Source: Camelus dromedarius (lineage: Eukaryota). From it: a stretch of DNA of 64,000 nucleotides. The translations under genes and the position numbers were made by a program. Below the pieces are notes generated by a model. The model saw nothing but the letters and a program-made list of their open reading frames with translations. It searched no databases and was not told the origin of the DNA. Shown here one piece after another: positions 25,798 to 39,427 of this stretch; the first letter of the stretch is position 1; each line of letters opens with the position of its first letter. The DNA is taken from contig NC_087436.1 of NCBI RefSeq assembly GCF_036321535.1, positions 26,166,001-26,230,000 of the forward strand, in the 5' to 3' direction.

Positions 25798-26361
25798 TGT
25801 GCTGGTTAGTATTATGTCTCAACTTGGCTGGACCACAGAGTTCCCAGATATTTGTTGAAATGTGATTTGGGGTGTTTCTATGAGGATGTTTTGGATGAGA
25901 TTAACATTTAAATTGGTAGATTGAGTAAAGTAAATTGTCCTCCCTAATATAAGTGAGCTTCATCTAGTCACATGAAGCCCAGAATAGAGCGAAAAGGCTG
26001 ACCCCGTCTGAATAAGAGATAATTCTTCTTGCTCAACTGCCTTTAATCTGCAACATTTGATTTTTGCTGACTTCCCACTGCAACTAAAACACTGAAACAT
26101 CTCTTCCTGGGTCTTGAGCTTGCCAGTCTTTGGATAGGAATTACACAGTTGGCTCTCCTAGGTCTCCAGTTGGCTGGTTCACCCTGCAGATCTTGGAACT
26201 TGACAGCTTCCATAAAATGTTAGCCAATTCTTTATTTTATATATAGAGAGAATAAGACAGAGACAGAGACAGATACAGAGAGAGATAGATGGAGAGAGAG
26301 AGAAATGAGAAACAATAGAATATATAAATACAGGTTTATTTCTCTGGAGAACACTGATACA
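25798..26361 (+). mobile_element. ERVL solo LTR (MLT2B/D-like) with perfect 5-bp TSD
   Basis: Starts tgtgctggttagtattatgtctcaacttggctgg; contains ttggatgagattaacattta and ctgcagatcttggaacttg; ends tctctggagaacactgataca. TSD cactg at 25793-25797 and 26362-26366. Confidence 0.93.
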
Positions 26362-28164
26362 CACTGCATTTGATACTATGGCTACCCTGTAACTTAATGA
26401 CCTAAAGAGAATTACTCAGGGAGCCATAGGTATTATAAGACTATCTCAGGAAGGAAGCCATGGAAACATTATTTGGTCTTTGATATCAGATAATCTTCAT
26501 GAATTCTGAAAGTTTGAGATATTAGCCATGGCTTATTGTGAAGGAGAAGGGAAAATACACACTCTGGCTAGAATTTGAAAAGTTTGGTGTAAGCCTTTAC
26601 ATCTCAATTCTGAAAGCATGCTCACAATTTTAATTGTTCAGTTAAGATCCATTCATAATCTTCTCATCAGTGGTTCACAATCTGAAAAACTAAGGCTCTA
26701 TTTAACATCAATTTTGGCCAACCTTTGGAAGGAATTAAAAAGGAACTCACAAAGATAGTAAATTTGGGTCAATTGTTATATCCATTGCAGGAAGAGATCA
26801 CCACTGTGTCTGAAATAGTTCAATATCATATGGAATAAGTTGGTGTGCCTATGCCTAGAAATATATATCAACAATATTTTATAATACCAAGTCCATAGAA
26901 TCTTGAAGCAATGAATCAGGCATCCCAGAGGTCACTTCAGCAGGGCCCTGTATGGAATATTTTGCTGTTGGGACTGTAAGAGGCTGATGTAGGGACAAAG
27001 AGCAAGCCAGAGTTTTGACTTTCAAGAGGAGAAGCAGGGACACAGGGGAACAGTAACAATTCATATTCTGGGGAGGCAAAAGAGTAAGAAGTGAAAGTGA
27101 ACTAGGGAGCTCAAGAAAGTGGGGAGAGCTGGGACACTGCTTGTCAGGAATGGTCTTTCCTCAAACTTAAATTTGGGGCAGTGGAGGGAATAGATAGATA
27201 TCTGTACCTTGGGTGTTGTTCTAATTTGTCTTTTTATTCCCGGATTTTTGTGTGACCCAGTCAGATTTCTATACATATAGAAATATCAAGGTTTTTTCCC
27301 CCTTTTTTGTCATGATATTATGAAGCTTAAAAAAACTATTCTGAATGATTGAACTGAATTCTTAATTCCTAACTGTACATTTTTTATTCATCATATTTAT
27401 ATATAGGAAATTCAGGTGGATATGCAGTGAATTTTTATACTGAGGTACATGATTTTCCAAAGTTAGGAGATGGTTTAAACTTGTTTTGAGTACATATAAG
27501 GGGATAGTTATGATCCTGACAAAATGTTTCAATGCCCAGTGGTCACTCATGCATTCTCTGGTTCACTTTAATTCTTGATTGGCACTTCTGGCCTTGATAC
27601 TTGTCATCAATGTGTTGGTATTCTGTTCTTAAATAAATAATCATATACCTAGGTTAGATAGAACTTAGTCTTTCCTGTCTACTGGTTTTAGTAATTGAAG
27701 CTTTGTAAATTAATTTTTCCAGAAGTCTTTGCTTACTAACATGATTGTGTTTTAAGTTGGTAGTAGTATCTTTATCATATTCATGTTTTTCAGAATTCTA
27801 CAAGTACAAGAGCTATCTTTTAACCTTTGCTTTCCTCAGAGTCACTTTGTTTGGAGTCTTGGGTAGAAAATTTTTTTTGAGATTGTCATTATGCTTACTG
27901 TGCAATATCATTTCATCTTATTTCTCTCTTCCACTCTTCTGACTAATTCAGAATTTGTTCCTTTTCAACAGTTCTCTGTCTGCTATGACATAAATCTTCC
28001 CTAAATGCCCTGCAAAAATGTGGCTTTCTGGTACACTTGGAGTGAGAGGCAAATAGTTGTCTTAAACAACAACAATAACAAAAACACATAGGGAATGACA
28101 TACACAGTGGCTTATTTTTAATTTAACCTCCAACATCTTCTGTTCATAAATAAAACAGCATTTT

Positions 28165-30988
28165 TATTGAAGAGTATTTGGTTTACAATGTGTTAATTTC
28201 TGGTGTACAGATAGTGATTAAGTTTATATATATATGTATATTCTTTATATATATTCCTCATTATAGGCTATTATAAGGTATTGAATATAGTTCTCTGTGC
28301 TATGTAGTAGGACATTTTATTTATTTGTTTTATGTATAGTAGTTAGTATCTGCAAATCCCAAACTCCCAAGTTATCCCTCCACCCATCCCCTCATTCCCT
28401 GCTGGTAACCAGAAGTTTGTTTTCTGTGTCTCTATGTTTCTGATCTGTAAATAAATTCATTTGTGTCATTTTTTTAGATTCCACATAAGAGTGATATCAT
28501 ATGGTATTTTTCTTTCTCTTTCTGGCTTACTTCACTTAGAATGACAATCTCCAGTTCCATCCATGTTGCTCCAAATGCATTATTTTATTACTTTTTATGG
28601 CTGAATAGTATTCCATTGCAGCTATATATCACAACTTCTTTATTCAGTCATCCTTCAGTGGACATTTAGGTCGCTTCCATGTCTTGGCTATTGTGAATAA
28701 TGCTGCTATGAACATTGGGGTGCATGTATTTTTTCAAATTAGAACTTCCTTCAAGTACATGCCCAGCAATGGGGTTGCTAGATCATATGGTAAGTCTATT
28801 TTGAGTCTTTTGAGGGCTCTCCATATTGTTTTCCATAATGGCTGCACCAAACTATATTCCCACCAACAGTGTAGGAGAGTTCCCTTTTCTCCACACCCTC
28901 TCTAACATTTATCATTTGTGGACTTTTAAATCATGGCCATTCTGACTGGTGTGAGGTGATACATCATTGTAGTTTTGATTTGCAGTTCTCTAATAATTAG
29001 CCATATTGAACATTTCACCATGTGCCTATTGACCATCTGTATGTCTTTATTAGAGAAATATTTGTTGAGGTCTTCTTCTCATTTTTGGATTGGGTTGTTT
29101 GATTTTTTTGTTATTGAATGAGCTGTTTGTATATCTTAGAAATTAAGCCCTTGTCAGTCACATAGTTTGCAAATATTTTCTGCCATTTCATAAGTTGTCT
29201 TTTCATTTTCTTTATAGTTTCCTTTGCTGCGCATAAGCGTATAAGTTTAATTAGATCCCATTTGTTTATTTTTGCTTTTATTTCTATTGCCTTGGTAGAT
29301 TGCCTTAGGAGAACATTGCTAAGGTTTATGTCAGAGAATGTTTTACCTGTAATCTCTTCTAGAAGATTTTTAGTATCTTGTCTTATGTTTAAGTCTTTAA
29401 GCCATTTTGAGTTTATTTTTGTGTATGATATGAGGGTGTGTTCTAACTTTATTGATTTATATGTGGCTGTCCAGTTTTCCCAACACTGCTTAGTGAAGAG
29501 ACTCTTTTCTCCACTGTATATTCTTGCCTCCTTTGTTGAAGACTAATTGACCATAGATGTGTGGGTTTATTTCTGGGCTGTCTGTTCTGTTCCACTGATC
29601 CATACATCTGTTTTTGTGCCAGTACCATGCTGTTTTGATTACTGTAGATCTGTAGTATTGTCTGAAGTCTGGGAGGGTTATGGCTCCAGCTTCGTTCATT
29701 TTCTTCAGTATTGCTTTGGCAATTCTGGGTCTTTTGTGTTCCATATAATATTTAGGATTATTTATTCTAATTCTCTGAAAAATGTCCTGGGTAATTTGAT
29801 AAGGATTGCATTAAATCTATAGATGCTCTGAGTAGTATGTTTTAACAATATTAATTCTTCCAATCCAAGAACATGGGGTATCTTTCCATTTCTTTAAATA
29901 ACTTTTAATTTCTGTAATCAGTGTTTTATGGTTCTTCACATATAAGTCTTTCATCTTCTTGGTCAGGTTTATTCCTAAATATAATTTTTTTGCATGTGAT
30001 TTTAAAAGGGTTTTTAAAATAATTTTCCTTTTCTTATCTTTCATTGTTAGTAAAGAAACACAACAGATTTCTCTATATTAATCTAGTATCCTGCTACCTT
30101 GCTGAATTCGTTTATCAGCTCTAATAGTTTCTGTGTGGAGTCTTTAAGGTTTTCTCTATACAGTATCATGTCATCTACATATAGTGACAATTTTACTTCT
30201 TCTTTTCCAATTTGGATTCATTTTATTTCTGTTTCTTGTCTGATTGCTGTCGCTAGGACTTCCAATACCATGTTGAACAGAAGTGGTGAGAGTAGTCATT
30301 CTTGTCTTGTTCCAGATTTTAGTGGGAAGGCTTTCAACTTTCTATCATCGAGTATTATGTTGGCTGCGGGTTTGTCATAGATAACTTTTATTATGTTGAG
30401 ATATGTTCCCTCTATACCCATTTTTGTAAAAGTTTTTATCATGAATGGATGTTGAATTTTATCAAATGCTTTTTCTGCATCTATTCAGGTGATGATGTGA
30501 TTTTTGTCCTTTCTCTTGATTTGGTGTATCACATTGATTGAGTCACATGTATTGAACCATCTTTGTGTCCCTGGGATGAAGATGTATGATCTTTTTATGT
30601 GTTGTGAATTAAGCTTGCTAATATTTTGTGGAGAATTTTTATATCTATGTTCATCAAAGATATTGGCCTGTAATTTTTTTTTTTTTTTGGTTGTGTCTTT
30701 GTCTGATTTTGGTATCAGGGTGATGGTGGCTTCATAGAGTGAGTTTGAGAGTGTCCCCTCCATTTCAATGTTTTGGAATAATTTGAGAAGAATTGGTATA
30801 AATTCTCTTTTATATGTTTGGTAGAATTCCCCAGTGATGCTATTTGGTCCTGGACTTTTGTTTGCAGGGAGTTTTTTTAAATTACTGATTCAATTTACTT
30901 CTAGTGATAAAATTATCATTCAATCAGATCAAATTACTTCTGTTTAAATTATCTATTTCTTCTTGATTCAGTTTTAGTGTACTATATG
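28165..30988 (-). mobile_element. 5'-truncated lineage-specific L1 (about 2.8 kb) with 14-bp TSD
   Basis: Complete 3'UTR. ORF2 peptides at 29490-29744 ([30 protein letters not shown]) and 29817-30044 ([25 protein letters not shown]). TSD taaaacagcatttt at 28151-28164 and 30989-31002. Confidence 0.96.
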
Positions 30989-33842
30989 TAAAACAGCATT
31001 TTAGTACCAAAACATGTAAAAGGATATAATTTCAGAATTTTTTTAAATTGAAGAATAAATTTAAATTATGTAACTATTCTATATATTCCCCTTAATTCTT
31101 GTGACTTGATGAAAACCTTGTCACTGATTGGTGATTTTCCAGATTATAGTGAGAACCACTTGCTTAAAGAATAACTCTGACACTCAGAATCATGACAATC
31201 TCACAGACATTGAAAAAGAAAAACATTTGTGTTGTTCCTAGCATTAACTGCCCACCTCAAGACTAATCTGCTAAATTTAGAGAGAAATGGCTCAGTGGAC
31301 TTCATGGAGCCAACTTACTGCCAAACTTATTATATAGCTTTAATTAATGTCGTATTATTCCATATACTATTCATACTGTAGTAAGATTGCCATCTGTAGC
31401 TTGTTCAATAGAATGAGAATATAAGATTGGTTGATAGGAAAATATTTTCACAGCTGTTATATTTTAGAATAAGGATATGCTTAAACATGAGTTAATTTTT
31501 TGAATACTTAAGATTTAAAAATTAAATTGCCCCTTAAAATGTCTTAAGCTTTTCCTATGATGATGTAGTTATGTCACATAATTGATGTTCACTAAATAAT
31601 ATCTCATACTCTTCTCTGAACCTGATGTTTTTTAAATAATTTATTAGCAAGAGTCCATCATCTTTAATCAAATGTAAATCCAATGCAGCTTGTTCATCAC
31701 ATATGTTTTGTTAAGAGTACATTGTTCAAAGTAGGTTAATCTGAAAAATTATTATTTCAAACAGTATGCCATGAAAGGGATTAGCCTCCATAAATATTTC
31801 ATTGAGCAATATATTCTCAATGTCCAAAGAACTTCTTAAGTTTAGAAAATTAAGTTCTTAATTTAATATCATTCATAAATAAAGTAATAAATTGCTTTTA
31901 CAATGAATTGAGTTACAAGCGTTATTTCTATTCAAGAGGATTTTAATTGTGTTTGCAAGTTAGGCAGAGGTGCTAGGAGTATTGTGAGACAATGAAATCT
32001 ACACATATAAGTATAATAATTTCTTCTAGGAGACAGATGACTCCTTATATAAAATAATGAGCAGTTACTGCTTACAAATAGTCACTTGTTACATATTACT
32101 ATTAGAATGTCTGTAATTAAAATGGAACATGCAAAATATTTCCAACCTTGAAAAGTATCAATCTAGAGCAATTTATATACCACACAAGTGAACCTGTGAT
32201 TTTTTTTTTAAATTAGTATGTGCATTTGCTATTTGGAATAATATAATTATTAGGTTAATGGTCATTGTTGTAATAGATGCTGTGGTGTGTCTCCCAGATT
32301 CCTCCAACTTCTAGGAGTTTTGATTGCTGAAGGGTCAAAACTAAGGTCATCTCCAGAAATTGCTTTCTCCAAATATTATACCCATGTCCTGGGAACGGCT
32401 TATTTCTAATAACTGATTAATTTATATGATGCTCCAGCCCCCTTACCTCAAGTGATGATAGTTTGGAAGAATCATCTCGGTTTTAGGTTTTCCTAAGGGG
32501 TGAACTGAGGCCCCACTGCAACCACATCTCAGTTCAAACCTCCTCTCTGCTCAATAGTACTTCTTTTATTCCCTTATAAGATTGATAGACAATGTCGATA
32601 ATATTACATTAATTAAACTAATGGTGAACAAGACATAGCTATATAAGGGAGGCTTTGGCAGGACACATACATTCCAAAGTGTGAGACGTAAACTCTATGA
32701 TATTTCAGGAACTGAACCCATCAATGAATATTTTTAGAGATCCAGTTATCTAGTGTGTTCTGGTACATGTCCTTTAATACAAAAAAAAAATTATGACTTA
32801 AAATTTCTGACCATATAGATGCAAGTATGATTCCCTAGCAGATACTTGGGAATACTACTCCTATCCATTGATTAAAGTGGAAAGCTGCCATCTTTGAGTG
32901 GGGCCCGGATAAGGAATGGCTGTGCAGCAGATTCAGGCTGCAATGCAAGTTGTCCTGTTGCTGGGCCATCCAAACCAATAGACACTAAGGAATTAGAGAT
33001 GTTTGTGGTAGAAAAACATTCTTATACAGCAGAGAATTATATACCATTTACAGACGATGCTCATACAGATGGTGCTCATACATCTAGACATGAGAAAAAT
33101 ACTGATCATGAAACCCAAGTAACCATGCAGCCTTCCTAAACTGAGTTCTATGAGACCCGCCAAATCACTTAGTTCCCAGAACCAACAGCTATTTAATCCA
33201 AAACTGAAGGAATATATTTGATATTGGGCACAGTAAGATTAGGGGTATAATTAATTTGCATAAGATGTCTCAGACTTTCAGTTTCTCCACCATGATTACA
33301 CCAGCACCTATCCTCAGCTCACCCCTCTGGCTACAGGGAAGTCCATCATGAACAGTTAATGTTAAAGGTAAAAGACTAAGGGAAATGTCACAGATATTTT
33401 GGCTTAAGGGTGCAAAATGAAAATGGACTAGTTCTATAGTGTAAGAAGGTCTTGTTGAGTCCCATGCACTTCAGAGTGTGAGACATAAACTCTGCAATGT
33501 TTCAGGGACCCACTACATTAATAAAGTTTTTAGTAGTCTAGTGATTTGAGATGTTCTGGTACATCACCTCAAACATAGAAACAAATTGTTGTATCTCACA
33601 CTTCCCACCATTAAGTAAGCACCATGCCTGGTAAACCACTTTGATTTTTAAGAGATGATCCTGAGTGACAGTAAAAAGGAGAAATCCTCCAGATAGGCAG
33701 AGCTTCGAGTACTGTGCCTGGTCACTTACTTTGTATGAAGAAAAGTATGGTGAAAATACATATGAACTCACTGACAGTGGATAATGACTTGGCTTGTTTT
33801 TTAGGGGCCTGGAAGCAGAAAGATTAGAAGATCAAGTACTGC

Positions 33843-34000
33843 GGGGCAGGGTGGGTATAGCTCAGTGGTAGAGTGCACACTTAGCATGCATGAGGGCCTG
33901 GGTTCAATTCCCAGTACCTCCATTAAAATAAATAAATAACCTAATTTCCTTTCCCCCACCTCGCAAGAAAAAAAAAAAAAGAAGAAGAAGAAGAAAAAAA
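33843..34000 (+). mobile_element. tRNA-derived SINE, Vic-1-like (camelid), inserted in ERVL pol
   Basis: gggtatagctcagtggtagagtgcacacttagcatgcatgagggcctgggttcaattcccagtacctccattaaaataaataaataacctaatt (A box tagctcagtgg, B box ggttcaattcc), followed by an A/GAA-rich tail. Confidence 0.92.
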
Positions 34001-34091
34001 GTGAGAACAAGAAATGTCTAGACTAAAGTACATGGATCACCAAGGGAATTAAGCACAAAGAGTGAAGATCTCCATGTTACATTGTAATACC

Positions 34092-34430
34092 TTATTAAGT
34101 AGGGTTCTTCAGAGAACTGAAACCAGTAGAGTGTATGTGTGTATGTATGTATGTGCATGTATTATATACATAAAGGAATTGGTTTATATGATTAAGGAGG
34201 CTGACAAACTCAAAAATCTGCAGGATAGGCCAGGAGCTTAGAGATGAAGGATGAGTCAATGCTCCAGTTCAGGAGTGAAGGCCATCAGCTGATTTGATGA
34301 GACCTGCCCACGTTGGGGAGGGTAATCTGCTTTACTCAAAATCCATTGATTTAAATGTTAATCTCATCCATCCAAAAAAATACACATTAGGCTCTGTTGT
34401 CTAGCCAAACTGATGCAATTAACCATCACA
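34092..34430 (-). mobile_element. MLT2-like LTR nested in ERVL internal sequence
   Basis: tagggttcttcagagaac..ggaattggtttatatgattaaggaggctgacaa..gggagggtaatctgctttactcaa..ttaaatgttaatctcatcca..attaaccatcaca. Confidence 0.88.
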
Positions 34431-35396
34431 GACAGGTATCAGAGATATCCACTGTAGAAGATACACTAAACAATCAACTAGAAAGAATGTTTCAGCCAGT
34501 GAATGCTCAGCCTTTTTTAGGAGCCCTAGCAGAATTAGCACAATGGTTCCATGAATGGCTTGGGATTCTGATCACCAAGACTAGTTACTGCTATTTCTAA
34601 TTGTTTATCTAGCTACTAAACCACTGATTGATCCAGTACCACACCTTGAAAAGACTAACTAGACACTTAATGCCAAGTTGACTAGAGAGATCTACTTATA
34701 TCCTGAAAGGGACAATAATTCATTGTGACTGTAATTAACTTATTCTTTACAAAGATTTTCCTTTCCTTTATACAGAGCCTCAGTTTGTGCTAGTATTCTA
34801 GGACTTACAAAGTTTTTGATCCATCAACAAGGTATTCTGCATAACATTACATTATAACAAGGGGATCGAGAGGGAAGGATATGCAGCAATAGAAAAATGG
34901 AGGCACAGGTGAAGAGCTAGGTTGGAGATGATACCCTGTTCAGATGAGATACCATTAGGAGCAGTATACACAATAAATCAATGTCAGTATATGGTGTCTG
35001 TCCTCATTAAACAGAATAAATAAGCTTTAGAAACAAAAGATGGAAGTAGCAGTGGCTCTGCTTACCATCACTGCCAGTGATTCACTTTAGGAATGTGTGC
35101 TTTCCATCCCTGCAACTCTAATCCCTTCAGATCTGGAAGTCTAGGTTCCCTCTAGGTTCCACTTCTACCAGGGTCCATAGTCAGAGTTCTGTTAAATTTT
35201 AAGTTATGGCTGCCACATCACATCAGTCTCCTATGCTAAAGACCATCAGGGAAGAAAGGAGTCACTATCCTGGAAGAGATAATTGATTTGATCATTGAAA
35301 TGAGGTGAGGTTGCTGTTAACTGATAGTTTAAAGAAAAAAGTATGTTTGACACCCAGGTGATCTTTTGCATCATAAGGTTAGAATTCCTCTGTACA

Positions 35397-36068
35397 ATTT
35401 TTAAAATAATTTATTGAGATGTAATTGAGATATAATAACCATACAATTCATCCATTAAATGGTGTAATTGAAAGGTTATTATTTCTAATTGTAATTATAT
35501 GTATTTATATATATATATAACATTAAAATTTGTCATTTTAACCATTGGTAGATTAAATTCAGTGTCATTCACAATGTCATATAATCCCCACCACTATCTA
35601 TTTCAAAAACTTTTTTATTACCCTCCCTCTCAAAATTCTGTTAAGCCATTAAAAAATAATTTCCACTCCTACCTCCCCTCATACCCACTGTCCCCATCTA
35701 ATCTACTTTCTAGCTCTGAATTTGCCAGAAAATTTCATATAATTGGAATCATATAGTGTTTGTCCTTTTTTGTCTGGCTTATTTCACTTAGAATAATGTT
35801 TTCAAAGTTCATTGATGTTGTTGCATCCCTTTTTAATGGCTTAGTATTATTAAGATCTATGTATATACTATATTTTTTTAATCTATTAATCAGTTAAAAG
35901 GCACTTAGGTTGTTTTCATCTTTTGGTCATTGGGAATAATGCTGCAATGGACATTAGTGTTCAAATACCTATTTGAGTCCCTGTTTTCAATTTGTTTCAA
36001 TATCTACAAAAAGAGTGGATTATATAGAAATACTGTATTTAGCTTGTTGAGATTATTACCCCACCAGA
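35397..36068 (-). mobile_element. L1 3' end (L1MB-like) nested in ERVL internal sequence
   Basis: ttattgagatgtaatt..accatacaattcatccattaaa; ttgtctggcttatttcacttagaataatgttttcaaagttca; aataatgctgcaatggacatt. Confidence 0.88.
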
Positions 36069-36939
36069 TAATATCTCTTAACCAGTGGAATTGGTAGTTG
36101 AAGTTAAGGGGACTCTAGAAAGAGTAGTAGAGGAGGAAGACAATGAGTATTATTTGTGGCCCTAAGACCGGCTGAAGTCAGAGGAGAAAGGCTTGTGTCA
36201 ATCTCAATTACATTTTTTGCCCCAGGAAAAGAGACCTGGAGGATCTGTTTCCAGATGAAGTAAACTTATTACAGGAAGCAAATGTATCTAAGTGGTGCAA
36301 GGGATAGACTGTAGTGGAGGTTATGGTGTACTGCTGAATCCTCTTTCAGAGCAGGGACACCCATTACTCCAGCTGCTAGGGGTGATGACTGCTTATGTCT
36401 CATAGAAATGTAACTCCCCAGGAATCTCCCTCAGACTTAGGAGGCTGCTTCAGACACTTTTACACTGCCGCAATGGGGAGAAACTTGTATCCAATGCAGT
36501 TAAAACAGGGCTACAAAATCATAGTACTTTTCCTCAATTTGGGGCATTTCTGAAGGACTTCAGCAGCTTGAGAGCTCTTCTTGAGATCCTCTGTTGCAAC
36601 TATATCATGATTTAATTTCTTTTTTGGCCAGTTCCATTTTTCTTTTAATTTCTACAGATAATTATTGCTGAAAACTCCCTATACATTTTCATTTCATTGC
36701 TTGTTTCCCAGGTAACCTAATCAATAAAAATTAGCTTAGAAAAACTGACAATAAAATAACAATAACTAAAGACTAAAACAGTTTGTTAGCTCAGTTGTGT
36801 CCAAGGCTTACTAGTCCTCATTTAACATTGAAGTTCAGGTTTCTTGACATTGAAAATGTATATTCTTCTCATAATGATGCTTTTTTTTTTTCTAATTCTG
36901 ATAGTGCAAAAAATTCATTAAAATTTCTATCTATGAAAC

Positions 36940-38255
36940 AAGATAGATAGTGAAAATTGTGAACAAAATCAAAGTAAAGCAATAACTGACTGAAGAAAAA
37001 CTAATAGTAAGGTATTATGTATTTGCAGAATATGTAAAAATAAAATGTATGACAATAATAGTACAGGGGATAAGATAGGAGTAATTGAGAATATACAGTT
37101 GTAAAGTACTTACACTACACATGAAGTGGTATGATATTGTTTGAAAACAGGCTGATTAAATAAGAAAATATATTTTAAACCTGGGGCAACCACTAAAAAA
37201 TTAAAATAGTTATACATAGTAGGTCAGTAATGTAGATAAAATGTAACTTTGTAAAATATTTAATTAACCTAGAGAAAGCATAAATGGAGTGGGGGAAACC
37301 TGGATACAAATGCAGCAAACAGAAAACATCTGGGAATATGATAGATTTTAATCTAACTATATTAATAAACACATTAAATACAGATAGTTAAAAGATAATA
37401 AGCAACAAATATGGATAGGTTGAATAAGCAAAGAACAATTACAAGCTATCTATAAGAAACCCTTTTTAAATATGTGGGCATAAGAATGTTAAAAGGAAAA
37501 GAAAGAAAAACATTATACTATGCTAATCACTAATCATAAAAAAGCTAATTATGTATACTAATATCTGATAGAATAGATTCAGAGCAAGAAATGTTACCAG
37601 GAATAAAGAGGGTCATTACATAATGATAAAAGCGTGAATTCTCCAAGAAAACATGACAGATTTATATGTGCATATATCTAATGACAGAGCTGTAAATTAT
37701 ATGAAGCAAAAACTGATAGAACTGAAAGGAGAAGTAGACAAATTTACAATGACAGCTGGGGACTACAACACTCCTTTATCTGTAATTGACAGAACTAGCA
37801 GCAAGACAGTAAGGATTTTAAAGAACTGAAATAACACACTGAATGACACAATTGGCATTTATGAAACACTTACTTAATATCAGCCCAATATACATTCTTT
37901 TTAAGTACATGTGGAACTCTTGACCAAGGCAGAGCATTCTTGGATATAAAACAAGCCATACACACAAAAAGAATAGAAGCAGTAAAAGGTAATTTTCTGA
38001 CATAATAGAATTAATCTTGGAATTAATAACAAGGTTATTTGGAAATTCTCGAATATTTGGGTATTAACCAATACACTTCTAAATGCCCTATGGGTTAAGA
38101 GCAAATTTGAAGGGATATTAAAGGGACAAAATTTGAACTAATTGAAAATGAAAATAGACCATATCAAATGTTTGTGTAATCCAACTAAATTAATGCTTAA
38201 AATGAAATTTATAGCATTTCAGTTTTATTTTAAACAAAAGTATAAAACAGTAATA

Positions 38256-38302
<47 letters not shown>

Positions 38303-38420
38303 GCAAATGAAAATCAAAGCAAACAGAAGAAACCACAAAGAATAAAGCAAAAATCAACGATACAGAAACCAAAGAAAATAGACAAACTCATTGTAACAAA
38401 ACCTGGTTCTTTGAAATGAG
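36940..38420 (+). mobile_element. Old L1 fragment (inter-ORF region and ORF2 endonuclease)
   Basis: aaatgtatgacaataatag..tacactacacatgaagtggtatg; cattacataatgataaaa; atgaagcaaaaactgatagaactgaaaggagaagtagac (MKQKLIELKGEVD); ctggggactacaacactcc (GDYNTP); ends acctggttctttgaaa. Confidence 0.88.
38256..38302. repeat. (TAAA)n microsatellite
   Basis: Directly visible, within the L1. Confidence 0.95.
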
Positions 38421-38435
38421 TCATAAAACCAAATG

Positions 38436-38556
38436 AATTTTATAGATGAGAAAATTAAGACTCATAGAGGTTAATTCATTCACCCAAAAATCATATAGAA
38501 GCAGAGATAAAATCCAAATCTAAATATTTCTTAATCTAAAACCTCCTAACTGCTGC
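38436..38556 (-). mobile_element. MIR SINE fragment
   Basis: attttatagatgagaaaattaagactcatagaggttaattcattcacccaaaaatcatatag is the antisense MIR core. Confidence 0.75.
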
Positions 38557-39427
38557 TTTGAGAGGTCACCTATTTTGTCTTGGTTCATTTAAATGGAACA
38601 AGACTCCCAGACTCTTCATTTAAATAGGAAATCTGACAGTGTTTTTGTTTGTTTCTTTCATGGATATAGCAGATAGATATTCCAATCCTATCTGACCAAA
38701 GAAGAATCTCAGAGATATGTGCCTTTGAGAAATCAGAGATTCCAAATTAAATGTTATTACCTTGACAAAATATTAAGACAATCAATCCATGGTTAAAAGT
38801 TTAGTTACGCAGGACTGAATAATATTCTCTGAAGTTTGGGTGTCATATGAGACTTACTTAACAGAAAAATACATGTAAGGACACTTTATTTTTATATAAC
38901 TCAGAGTAATAAATGTTTTTCTTTCATCTGTGAAGGAATGGAAAATATTTGATCCTTCTAATTTTGCTGAGACTTCTTTCATGCAGTTATAAGAGCTTGA
39001 AGGTTCAGATCCTTAATCACAAAGACAGTTTTCAGTGTCTCTGCAATTTCTCAAAGTTCAAACTTTATGTAGTGAGTCATCATTAATTGTTTATGTATAT
39101 AACTGTAGCCCAGCTTCACAAGATGCTAGAATTTGTGTTTTGCTAAGTTGCATTTTACTCTACAAAATGATGATTACAACCACATTTTATGCCTGTAAGA
39201 AACTCTCTTGAAAGTGCTGTATGATATATCCTGTGATAAAATTTGGGCAGTGGGTGCTAAAAGCCATAATGGCCTTTAAGTGAAAGGGCAGATTCATGAC
39301 TGAGTACAACCTCAAAAAGAATTTCTCTGTGTGTATCTTCATGAACTTTATAATACTAGCTAAGCATTTCCTCACTTCAGGCTCATGGTTTTATTTTCCA
39401 TTTCATGCCTGATATAGGATAAGTTAA

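Larger units (their letters stand above)
32269..36729 (+). mobile_element. Degenerate ERVL provirus (LTR16A-like LTRs, ERV3-16A3/ERVL-E-like internal pol) with nested insertions
   Basis: 5' LTR piece 32269-~32585 (tgtaatagatgctgtggtg..cccagattcc). Pol remnants: YIDD-like aatgtcgataatattacattaatt (~32591), RNase H-like gagaaatcctccagataggcagagcttcgag (~33680), integrase-like 34430-35390. PPT-like aagggatagac precedes the 3' LTR 36310-~36729 (tgtagtggagg..cacccattactccagctgct..caggtaacctaa). Confidence 0.85.

Noticed and set aside
33850..33922. tRNA gene (tagctcagtggtagag..ggttcaattccc)
   Set aside because: It continues into a SINE body and A tail, has a second dispersed copy with a TSD at 17657-17824, and is best explained as a tRNA-derived SINE head.
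37590..38420. Similarity to positions 1-800 as a segmental duplication
   Set aside because: Both are independent L1 endonuclease-region copies; the flanks are unrelated.
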